From positions 9,486,001 through 9,550,000 of the forward strand of contig OZ024759.1 in assembly GCA_964016885.1 (NCBI GenBank): a stretch of 64,000 bases of DNA, read 5' to 3'. The stretch's first letter is position 1. Each line of letters opens with the position of its first letter. The DNA comes from Eledone cirrhosa (taxonomy: Eukaryota). Both the position numbers and the translations under genes were made by a program. Shown here in pieces: positions 1 through 10,997 of the stretch. The notes beneath the pieces are model-generated. The model was given only the letters and a program-made list of their open reading frames with translations. It did not search any database and had not been told where the DNA came from.

Positions 1-2268
1 AACCACGTGATCTATCCGACCTTTGTATTGCAATAGAAGAACTTCAATAAGTTTGGCAGCATGGCATTCGGCATCTTCTCCGACTTTTTCAGATGTCATA
101 ATTGACTTGCACATGTTATAGATGGCTTCCATGTATTCAGTTTGGGACAAAAACACTGTTGTGTCAACTGTGATATAGTTGTGGAGGCAAGGGGCCATAT
201 CAATAAAGTAATCGAGTGTTTCAGCCCGAAGAGCTTGATACAACATCTGAAAAATCTGCCACATGTTGGCCGAGACCTGGGTTTTTGTGAGGTTGTAAAT
301 TAAGGAAAATACTTCTTCGTAAAAGTCAATTAGATTCTGTTGTAAAATTGAAACTACAATATTTAGAACATTTCCCTCCAGTTGAGATATTATTTCAACT
401 CTGCCCTTCACAACATCCAGAACTGTGTCCATGGTATACAGAATACCTAATCCAATGATCACTTTATCTTCCGAAGTATCCACATTATTGCTGAGCAGTT
501 GGTTAAACGTTTGTTCAAGATGAGTCACTATTTCCAGAGCAACAGGGAGGACATCATCAGCATACTTGCGAATGAGGCGACGAAACACACTTGTAAGTTC
601 ATCATTTTCAGTTTCACGAATTATCCGTAGAACCTCAAATATTACTGGTCGAATATGAGGGCGTAGAAAATCTCGAGCCTTCTCGTATTTTGTTACCAAC
701 ATCTGCAACGCCATTGCAGCTTCTACACGGACTGGTAGCTCACTGTCATTGCATAAACACTCCCGACTCATTTCTATGGCACGGAGTAAATTATTGAAAT
801 TTTTCAACACGGCCCCATTAAAGAAATCCAAAGTCCAGAAAGCTCTCGCCCTTAAGAATCCGTGTGGACTTTGGAACTCTGGAAATAAATGGGTGACAAG
901 AACTCCTTCAATACGTTCTTTATACACATCACTCTCCACAAGAATGTCAGCTACGATGCCAAGCATGTGCATAATACCATCTTTTTCTTGAGGTGACACC
1001 TCGTTTTTGTTAAGAATCGACATACAGAAGTTCATTGCCTTTTCAAGAACTCCACTTCTTTTGCCAGCCAAAGAATGGAACAGCCGTCCTGCGGCATCTA
1101 TCGTAGACATGTCAGATAAATCAAACTTCCTCCGAATATATTCATGTGGATCCGAGTGCCAGAGTTCATTATCTTTTTCACTGTGCCACATCAGAGGGAA
1201 AATTACTTTCTGAATCAAGTTGTCTGTATTATTTTTCAAATATTTCCAAGTAGAGGCATAACTAATAGAACGATTTAAATAATTCAAAATGAAGCGCAAA
1301 ACTCTTGGAGATATATAACTGTTTTCATCTTGTTTCCCCAAAATATTAATCAATATAGGTATAATATTTCGTGGGAAAGTTCTCATATACCATTCAGAGA
1401 ATTGTTTGTATTCTCTGTTTACTTTGCCAGGACTTCCATATTTCTGGAACGTATAAGTTAAAATCCTTGTGGCCCATTTTTTCGCTTTCCACCAAGGAAG
1501 CTCTGGTCTTTTGTCTTCTTCGATGTTGTGGGCTCCGTCAGGAATAGGGTTTTGTAACACTTGGCAAGTAACTTCCATCCATTGGCTGAACACGTTCCTT
1601 GAAACTATCTTCAGCGATAGATGTTTACGAACAAATGAGAAGAATATCTTTAATATTTGTTTCTGTATTATGAGAGACGGCGGAGAATGGTCAGGTATCA
1701 TTTTCACGAACAAGTTGTATATGAGAGGCAATTCAACCCCCATAGCTGTGTTAAGAATATCTCGGTCCTTCGGCTTCTTCATTTCGTGTACTTTCACAAG
1801 CTGATATAAACTTATCAAAGCACCGTTCCATGTCGTGTGGTTTTGGGACAAAATACATGCAGCTACTTTCTCAACGAAAGACGGCCATTTAGTCGGGTAG
1901 TCATGTTTGACGATGGTGCTCAAAGACATACTCAACTGGCTGCATATTATATCAGGACTGTGTATTATAGCTTCGATGATGTGACGGCGTATGGCTGCTC
2001 GGTCTTCTTCACACATACTAAACAATGGTGCGTCTGAATCAACCTCAGCTTCACTGTTGTCCCAGTATTTTTTTATTATGTTCTTGAAGTAGGAGACTGC
2101 TGCCTGTTTCACCGTTATTTCTAGGTTGTCTGACATTACAATAGTCATCATTAAAGCAGGTGCAAAGCCATTCATCTGATCATACTGTTGTAACTCACTC
2201 TCAGCTTGTTCACGAAGGTTGGGGTCAAGGGTACCTCGAAACAAATCAACAAGTTTACTAATATCCAT
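1..2268 (-). CDS. IPO7: Importin-7/8 family nuclear import receptor (IPO7/Moleskin-like), intronless, 3' end beyond the window's left edge
   Basis: Manual translation of the minus frame from ATG 2268 to base 1 gives 756 codons with no stop: [28 protein letters not shown]...HDYPTKWP...[14 protein letters not shown]...YGSPG...FLRARA...[11 protein letters not shown]...DFYEEVFSL...[27 protein letters not shown]. These match importin-7 hallmark motifs ([38 protein letters not shown]). Confidence 0.95.
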   Translation of the reverse strand, partial: [756 protein letters not shown]

Positions 2269-2460
2269 ATTGTCGTCCTCGTCCTCTCTCTCTCTTTATA
2301 TAACTCACTCTCTTTATATTCCTCTCTCTATATATATTTATACTTTCTTCTTTTCCACCTCTCTCTCGTATTTAAAACTGAACTATTTAGGCAATTTTTT
2401 TTCGTCAAAGTAAAAAAAAAAAGCAAAATTAAACAAAAAGAAAGAAAGAAACGATAGGAA

Positions 2461-2678
2461 ATGACGTGTAAACACTTGAAAAGTGCAAAATTTCGGTAAA
2501 ATATTGCTTCAGAAATAGAGATTTTTCGGGTGGGGGGAGTCTTCGTTCTGCTGATATATTTTGGGGGGTCTTATATTTTTAAGGACAAGGCACGAAATCT
2601 AAGTATACATTTGTTGGTGTTAAAATGTTACTTCAGTCAACTGGAAACTATATTGTGACTCATCAGATTGTGACGTCA
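2461..2678. promoter_or_regulatory. Candidate upstream elements of the importin gene: palindromic CRE and AP-1 sites
   Basis: TGACGTCA at 2671-2678, TGACTCA at 2656-2662 and a TGACGT half-site near 2462, all 200-400 bp upstream of the importin ATG. Motif matches only. Confidence 0.35.
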
Positions 2679-3349
2679 CCACTTGATGACACTTTATTGA
2701 AAGTAAAGAACATATAACAATGGCCTTTAAGTCATGCTGGAGTCGTAGCCATCTCTTGGTCGGGATATAGCCAACTCCTTCCAGTTAGACAGATAAATAG
2801 ACAGGCAAACAGATAGATAGACAAACAGATAGATAGATTTAGAAGGAGATTGAAAATGCCGTAGAATTTCAGCTAATTTAACGAGAATTAATGTTGATGC
2901 TATGGCCTGGGGCTTCATTATTTTTATTTTGGGGCTGAGGGAAAAAGGGGCCTCTAGAAATAAATATATTGGTATTACAAAATCAAGTATTGTTTGGTTG
3001 TTTGTATTAGCAGTATTGTTAGGGCTTCGGACAAAAAAGGGTTTATAATATTTGTTCCGGCTCATTACGTTCTGAGTTCAAATCCAGACTCGATCGATAA
3101 AATATAGTAACCGTCAAGTACTGGAATCGATATTCTCCTTCTCTGAAATTTCTGGCTTTGTTGTTGAAAGCCTTCGGACTATGTCTCCGGATTAAAGATA
3201 CCTTCTTCCCACCCATCTACCAATCTCGGAAGACGGGGAAAGACTGAAGGATATTTTGCTTTTCACTTCTCAAACAGTGGGAAAAGAAATAAAGCTACGA
3301 AAGTTACTTCCCTTATGAGTGGAATTACCTCCCTTTAAATTAATAAACG

Positions 3350-3960
3350 CACAGACAGATTGATAGTGGGGTAGGTAGATAGATTGATAGTGGGGTAGGT
3401 AGATAGACAGATAGAGGCGCAAATAGATAGATAGAGGGACAGATGGATAGAGGGACAGATAGAGAGATAGATGTATTTCTTTATTTGCCACAAGGGCGCA
3501 AAAAGATGGGGACAAATACAAATACATACATATAGGGGGGAGTTTACATAGAGGTGTATAAAGAAATAGATAGATAGATAGAGGGGTAGATAGAGAGATA
3601 GATAAAGACAGATATATATATAGGTAGATAGATAGATAGATAAATTTCTTTATTAGCCACATGGGCGCAAAAGAAGAGGACAAATACAAATGGGGAGTTT
3701 ACATACAGGTATATGAAAATAAAACTATAGGTAGATTTCTATTTATTGCCACTAGGGCGCAAAAGAAGGGGACAAATACAAGGGGGGAGTTTACACAAAA
3801 AGGCGAGTAAAGAAAACAAATAACAAATATAAAATTAACAATAAAGCTATAGGTAGATAGATAAGAGTCAGGCAGACAGATGGATGGATAGAGAGACAAA
3901 AGCAGAATGCGACATAAAAGTCGAAGAGAAAGAGAAAACGAAAATACTCAGAGATAGAGA
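3350..3960 (+). repeat. (GATA)n/(GACA)n microsatellite interleaved with ~3 degenerate copies of a short 'atttctttattngccacaagggcgcaaaaag..gggacaaataca' motif
   Basis: Directly visible; motif recurs near 3475, 3644 and 3735. Confidence 0.8.
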
Positions 3961-4125
3961 GAGGGGAGAAGAGAAAGAGGAAGAAAAAGAAAATAAGAGA
4001 GAGAGAGAAAAGAAAGAGAACAAGAGTGAAAGGAAGAGAAATAGATTGGGAGAAGGGTAGAACGCTGGTGGTTACTTCCCTTGAATTCCGTTTGTTTTTA
4101 TAATCTACCACCAGGTGGAGAAACT

Positions 4126-4146
4126 AATGGCGCCAATTACGGAAGT
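4126..4146 (+). promoter_or_regulatory. Candidate TRAIP core promoter: overlapping YY1-like ATGGCG, E2F-like GCGCCAA and ETS-like CGGAAGT
   Basis: Sequence aatggcgccaattacggaagt in otherwise AT-rich DNA, upstream of a GTGAGT donor at 4479. E2F/ETS sites are typical of S-phase genes. Confidence 0.45.
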
Positions 4147-4478
4147 TTGTTTAAATGTATTTCAGTTTACTGAAGAAGAAAGAAGACCAAAGACGGACTA
4201 ATTCATCATTTTATCGATTAACAAGAGAGAAGTGCATAGAATGATCGATATCTGTCGGTCAGCTTTGTTGTGAAAGTTTCTATATTTAGTTTAGTATAGT
4301 AAATAGTGGTATTATATAGATACAAACATATATTATATAAAGAGACATATATATACACATATTTATAATATATATACACACATATTTATAATATATATAT
4401 ACACAAATATATTTATAATATATATATATATACACAAATATATTTATAATATATATATATATACATACCTATATATTG
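4140..4478 (+). other. TRAIP: Probable non-coding first exon (5' UTR) of TRAIP
   Basis: Consensus donor G|GTGAGT at 4479. The ATG exon has an acceptor (pyrimidine tract + CAG 6521-6523) only 7 nt before the ATG, implying an upstream UTR exon. Start is approximate. Confidence 0.5.
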
Positions 4479-4555
4479 GTGAGTAACACTTTTTCTATCT
4501 GTTCTTGAAATCTATTTACTACGATTTTCGATTCTCGATAATTTATTTGTGTGTA

Positions 4556-4598
<43 letters not shown>

Positions 4599-5017
4599 GC
4601 AGAGGTTATATTTAATTTGTTGGGATTCAACAAGCTTATACATTTTATATATATATATATATATATATGAGTGTCAGGAGATCCCGTTAAGGGTCAAAGC
4701 ATCGATTCTTTGCTTAAACTTTAATCTGTTATTTTAATAAATATTTGCTCTACGGTTCTTATATATTCGATATATATTTATCCTTATCGAACCCCCTTTG
4801 GATTTTAGTCTTCAAATTTATTATTATTACTATATATATATATATAAATCCACACATGTTTATATATATATGTATATATCACACATGTTTATGTCAGCAC
4901 CAACAGTTTTGCAAGAGATGTCAACATGAATGGACCTGTTATTTTTTTTTATCTAAAGACATTTTTTTCCAATTCCAACCTGCCCGTCTCCTCAATCTAT
5001 TTTGTTTCTCATTCTTC

Positions 5018-5051
5018 CTTCTGGTGAAGGACTAGCGTCCGAAACGTTAAG
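5018..5051 (+). ncRNA. Degenerate minimal hammerhead-like motif (Penelope type)
   Basis: ctt-CTGGTGA-a-ggac(tagc)gtcc-GAAAC-gtt-aag: stem II and GAAA box present, but the core reads CUGG instead of CUGA. Confidence 0.4.
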
Positions 5052-5136
5052 ACCCTCTTCCTGCTATATCAAGCGTTAACCTAATATATACCTTCCATAT
5101 ACTGTACCGATTGTGTTGTTATTTCTGTTTACCTTT

Positions 5137-5170
<34 letters not shown>

Positions 5171-5531
5171 CACGATATCCCAACAAGAACTTATATAATA
5201 TATATATATATATGTGTGTGTGTGTGTTTATATTATAAGTTAAAGGAAGAGTCTATTTAGCCGGTAGAGTGTCAGACTCCATGAGTTGCGGTCAATTTAA
5301 AATCAGTCGTCCACTGGTCCACTTTAGTTACATATACAGGTAAATACATAAACAACAGCTTGTGAAACGCTATAGCGATCTGTTTCGCCCCTTTACCGGC
5401 CACATATTCCTAAGTGAAACATATATACCCTGATATGTCCAACCTTACATACTTTATATTATTAACACATTAAAAGTTTAAACAAGCAATTTCTACTTTC
5501 ACTGATAAATAGGATTAACGTCCGCGTTCCT

Positions 5532-5577
<46 letters not shown>

Positions 5578-5590
5578 GCATATATATGTA

Positions 5591-6123
5591 CATCATCAAC
5601 ATCATTTTACGTCCGCTTTTCCCTGCTTGCAAGGGTGGGACGGGTCCTATTCAGCATCTCTCCACTTGCCACGGTCCTTTGTCATCTCCTCCGTGAGTTT
5701 CAGCGATCTGAGGTCCCCTCTCACCACCTCCGCCCATTTTTTTCTGTGGTCTTCCTCTACTGCGTCTTCCTTCTCCTGGCATTTCCTGGCACTTCTTCAC
5801 CCATCGGTCATCCTCCATGCATATCACATGTCCATACCATCTCAGCCTTCTCTCCTACACACCTCAACTTATCCCTCTTATACCCAGTTTCTCTCTCAAC
5901 TCGTCCATGCTCGGCCGTTCACGCACATTGACATTTCACATCCAACGGAGCATGCTTGCCTCATTTCTCTCCAGCCATCGCATGTCCTCCGCAGTTGCTG
6001 CCCGTGTCTCACTACCATACATCATCGCACATCTCACACAGGCATCATATAACCGGCCTTTCATTCGCAGGGAGAAACCCTTCTTCGTCAGCAGAGGAAG
6101 CAGCTCCCTAAACTTCTTCCAAC
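5591..6123 (-). mobile_element. RTE-clade LINE, 5'-truncated 3' end with (GAT)n tail
   Basis: Encodes WKKFRELLPLLTKKGFSLRMKGRLYDACVR...YGSET...ERNEASMLRWM; near-identical to the copy at 50780-51630; catcatc tail at 5591. Confidence 0.92.
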
Positions 6124-6530
6124 AGTATATATATAGTTTTGCGAGGTTTTTTATATGAAATCGTGTGTTGAAACAAATATTGTTATACTTGGGGAGGGTC
6201 ATATTTGTGTAATATTGCCAGAATTAATAACAGAACACACTCACTGTTTGGTTGGGTTTCGCTTCTGTTTCTTTTATATCGGTTAATTTAATTTATTCAG
6301 CCCTCAATGTTACTATTGACTGACCAACGGTCAAAAATACATACAATATAGACACAAACACATATATATAGTCTATTAAACTCCACCCCTCTCTCTATCA
6401 CACTCCCTGCCTCACCTCCACCCCACACCACTCCACCACCACACCTCCCTCTATCACACTCTCTGCCTCACCACCACCTCCACCCCATCACTCCTCTTAT
6501 TTCACACCTCTCTCCTCTTTCAGAAGTCCA

Positions 6531-6766
6531 ATGAATGCCTACTGTGTCATTTGTTCCGACCGGTTTGTGTCAACTGGTGGTGAATGGGACATTGCCGCTG
6601 GTAACTGTGGTCACACCTTCCACTCTTCCTGCCTGGTCACTTGGTTAGAGACTTCTAGAACATGTCCAACTTGCCGCAAGAAATGGTCAAAGAAAGATGT
6701 CATCACCAAGTTATATTTTGACTATGACAATGTAGCTCCTGAAGCTGAAGAGGCATCTGCTCCGAG
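6531..6766 (+). CDS. TRAIP: TRAIP (TRAF-interacting protein/NOPO) RING E3 ligase, coding exon 1 (RING-H2 domain)
   Basis: CVICSDRF...AAGNCGHTFHSSCLVTWLETSRTCPTCR...IT KLYFD resembles the TRAIP N-terminus. Acceptor CAG 6521-23, donor AG|GTTAGA at 6767 (phase 2). Confidence 0.9.
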
Positions 6767-6866
6767 GTTAGAACAACTGTTGTTGCTATTTTTATTTTTG
6801 TTTATTCCGTTGATTAACATTATAATATAATAAAAGGAGGAGTGTGGGACTGTGTCCTGAATATAT

Positions 6867-9620
6867 TTTTACCTGGAGTGACTCCAGTGATTCTTTGTTG
6901 AGACATTCTAACCAGATGTCCATAGTATCAGAGCTATGATCTCTCCATTCAGAGTAGTAGTGGTTTTACCTGGAGTGACTCCAGTGATTCTTTCCTGAGA
7001 CATTCTAACCAGATGTCCATAGTATCAGAGCTATGATCTCTGCATTCAGAGTAGTAGTGGTTTTACCTGGAGTGACTCCAGTGATTCTTTCCTGAGACAT
7101 TCTAACCAGATGTCCATAGTATCAGAGCTATGATCTCTCCATTCAGAGTAGTAGTGGTTTTACCTGGAGTGACTCCAGTGATTCTTTCCTGAGACATTCT
7201 AACCAGATGTCCATAGTATCAGAGCTATGATCTCTCCATTCAGAGTAGTAGTGGTTTTACCTGGAGTGACTCCAGTGATTCTTTCCTGAGACATTCTAAC
7301 CAGATGTCCATAGTATCAGAGCTATGATCTCTCCATTCAGAGTAGTAGTGGTTTTACCTGGAGTGACTCCAGTGATTCTTTCCTGAGACATTCTAACCAG
7401 ATGTCCATAGTATCAGAGCTATGATCTCTCCATTCAGAGTAGTAGTGGTTTTACCTGGAGTGACTCCAGTGATTCTTTCCTGAGACATTCTAACCAGATG
7501 TCCATAGTATCAGAGCTATGATCTCTCCATTCAGAGTAGTAGTGGTTTTACCTGGAGTGACTCCAGTGATTCTTTCCTGAGACATTCTAACCAGATGTCC
7601 ATAGTATCAGAGCTATGATCTCTCCATTCAGAGTAGTAGTGGTTTTACCTGGAGTGACTCCAGTGATTCTTTCCTGAGACATTCTAACCAGATGTCCATA
7701 GTATCAGAGCTATGATCTCTCCATTCAGAGTAGTAGTGGTTTTACCTGGAGTGACTCCAGTGATTCTTTCCTGAGACATTCTAACCACATGTCCATAGTA
7801 TCAGAGCTATGATCTCTCCATTCAGAGTAGTAGTGGTTTTACCTGGAGTGACTCCAGTGATTCTTTCCTGAGACATTCTAACCAGATGTCCATAGTATCA
7901 GAGCTATGATCTCTCCATTCAGAGTAGTAGTGGTTTTACCTGGAGTGACTCCAGTGATTCTTTCCTGAGACATTCTAACCAGATGTCCATAGTATCAGAG
8001 CTATGATCTCTCCATTCAGAGTAGTAGTGGTTTTACCTGGAGTGACTCCAGTGATTCTTTCCTGAGACATTCTAACCACATGTCCATAGTATCAGAGCTA
8101 TGATCTCTCCATTCAGAGTAGTAGTGGTTTTACCTGGAGTGACTCCAGTGATTCTTTCCTGAGACATTCTAACCACATGTCCATAGTATCAGAGCTATGA
8201 TCTCTCCATTCAGAGTAGTAGTGGTTTTACCTGGAGTGACTCCAGTGATTCTTTCCTGAGACATTCTAACCACATGTCCATAGTATCAGAGCTATGATCT
8301 CTCCATTCAGAGTAGTAGTGGTTTTACCTGGAGTGACTCCAGTGATTCTTTCCTGAGACATTCTAACCAGATGTCCATAGTATCAGAGCTATGATCTCTC
8401 CATTCAGAGTAGTAGTGGTTTTACCTGGAGTGACTCCAGTGATTCTTTCCTGAGACATTCTAACCAGATGTCCATAGTATCAGAGCTATGATCTCTCCAT
8501 TCAGAGTAGTAGTGGTTTTACCTGGAGTGACTCCAGTGATTCTTTCCTGAGACATTCTAACCAGATGTCCATAGTATCAGAGCTATGATCTCTGCATTCA
8601 GAGTAGTAGTGGTTTTACCTGGAGTGACTCCAGTGATTCTTTCCTGAGACATTCTAACCAGATGTCCATAGTATCAGAGCTATGATCTCTCCATTCAGAG
8701 TAGTAGTGGTTTTACCTGGAGTGACTCCAGTGATTCTTTCCTGAGACATTCTAACCAGATGTCCATAGTATCAGAGCTATGATCTCTCCATTCAGAGTAG
8801 TAGTGGTTTTACCTGGAGTGACTCCAGTGATTCTTTCCTGAGACATTCTAACCAGATGTCCATAGTATCAGAGCTATGATCTCTGCATTCAGAGTAGTAG
8901 TGGTTTTACCTGGAGTGACTCCAGTGATTCTTTCCTGAGACATTCTAACCAGATGTCCATAGTATCAGAGCTATGATCTCTCCATTCAGAGTAGTAGTGG
9001 TTTTACCTGGAGTGACTCCAGTGATTCTTTCCTGAGACATTCTAACCAGATGTCCATAGTATCAGAGCTATGATCTCTCCATTCAGAGTAGTAATGGTTT
9101 TACCTGGAGTGACTCCAGTGATTCTTTCCTGAGACATTCTAACCAGATGTCCATAGTATCAGAGCTATGATCTCTCCATTCAGAGTAGTAGTGGTTTTAC
9201 CTGGAGTGACTCCAGTGATTCTTTCCTGAGACATTCTAACCAGATGTCCATAGTATCAGAGCTATGATCTCTCCATTCAGAGTAGTAGTGGTTTTACCTG
9301 GAGTGACTCCAGTGATTCTTTCCTGAGACATTCTAACCAGATGTCCATAGTATCAGAGCTATGATCTCTCCATTCAGAGTAGTAATGGTTTTACCTGGAG
9401 TGACTCCAGTGATTCTTTCCTGAGACATTCTAACCAGATGTCCATAGTATCAGAGCTATGATCTCTCCATTCAGAGTAGTAGTGGTTTTACCTGGAGTGA
9501 CTCCAGTGATTCTTTCCTGAGACATTCTAACCACATGTCCATAGTATCAGAGCTATGATCTCTGCATTCAGAGTAGTAGTGGTTTTACCTGGAGTGACTC
9601 CAGTGATTCTTTCCTGATAT
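6867..9620 (+). repeat. Minisatellite, 97-bp unit, ~28 near-identical copies, in TRAIP intron
   Basis: Unit ttttacctggagtgactccagtgattctttcctgagacattctaaccagatgtccatagtatcagagctatgatctctccattcagagtagtagtgg; period 6961->7058 = 97. Confidence 0.97.
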
Positions 9621-10383
9621 ATTCTAATCACAGAGTTGTGATATCTCAATTCAAAACAATTTGGAAAATAATCAAAGATTTGGAGGGATTTAGGGATATG
9701 TTTCGCATAATTAAGTTGTTTGGAACATAACTCTTTTGTTATGATATTTTTACTGAAAGACACTATGATGTTTAAATAATCAAGATTTTGGAGGGATTTA
9801 ATAATGTTCTTTTTACTATGGAAGACCTCTCAAGACATTGTCATTGAGGAAGATACAGAATTGTCTAGGGAAGAACTGTGGCAGTTAATGTTTGATCATA
9901 TGAAATATTACCACAGGAATTTAGGAGTTTTTAACATAATGCTTTTGTTACCATATTTTTAATGAAAGACAGCCTATGATGTTTAGATAATGAAGAGTTT
10001 GGCGAGATTTAATATAACTAATGTTCTCACTATTAAGTTAGTGTGATTTAGTAATATAACTAACTTTTGTGTTATTTATCCGATGTTTGAAACATAACCT
10101 AAGCCATGGTTTTCAAATAATTTTATATTTTAGAAGGATTTAGAAATGTAAAAAACTTGTTATTATTTATCTGGTGTTTGGAACATATTTCTAATGAAAA
10201 TACTCTGGCCTAAATACTCACACTACTTTTTACTCTTTGTATTCTACTGGCTTTCACAAAGCAATTTTATCATGAAGCCAGTGGAGGTTATGTATCAAAA
10301 GGGTTACTCACTTGGTCTATGTAGACCTATCCAACCCTTGCTAGCAGGGAAAGTGGACATTAAACAATTATTATATTTAACAG

Positions 10384-10673
10384 ATTGCTTAACGAATTAA
10401 ACAGCGTGCGTGCGAAGTTGGCTGAGTGTGAATTGAAGCAGAAGTTGCTGGAGAAGGACATGATCAATGTGTGTGACGAGAAAGAAGTACTGGCTATTGC
10501 TCATCAGAATGTTTTGGCTGAGGTGCACGTGTTGATGGCATCAATGAAGGCTAAAAATAAACAGATTCAGTATTACCAAAACTGTGAACAGAATTGGATG
10601 AACAAAGAAAAGGAACGACTTGAATTGAAGAATGAAGTGGAAAGTTACGCACAAATCAAAAAACTTGTTCAAA
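10384..10673 (+). CDS. TRAIP: TRAIP coding exon 2 (coiled coil)
   Basis: CAG acceptor 10381-83. AG+A = Arg restores frame into LLNELNSVRAKLAECELKQK...QIKKLVQ. Donor A|GTGAGA at 10674 (phase 1). Confidence 0.85.
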
Positions 10674-10997
10674 GTGAGATTTCAGATTTTAAAAAATGTT
10701 TATTTATGTCATTTTTTTTTTATGTGCTACATTGGTGTTAGTAAGGGCATCCAAAGCTTGCCAAAGGGTTGGGAGTACACCCCTGTTGTGTCAAGGACAT
10801 GACAACCTAAATAGAACATGAGACTGTACATAAGTGGGATACAGGCTTCTAGTTGTTTGGGAGGTGAGTAACGCCTCTTCAGTACTGACTTGGTCTATGT
10901 AGACCCATACAACTATTGCTAGTAGGGAAAGTGGACGTAAAAATGAAGATGTCACCCAGTTTCACAGATGAAAGTCAGATTTGAACAATTATTTTAT

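Noticed and set aside
749-2457. Short + strand ORFs over the first 2.4 kb
   Set aside because: Antisense shadows of the importin-7 CDS or low-complexity upstream sequence.
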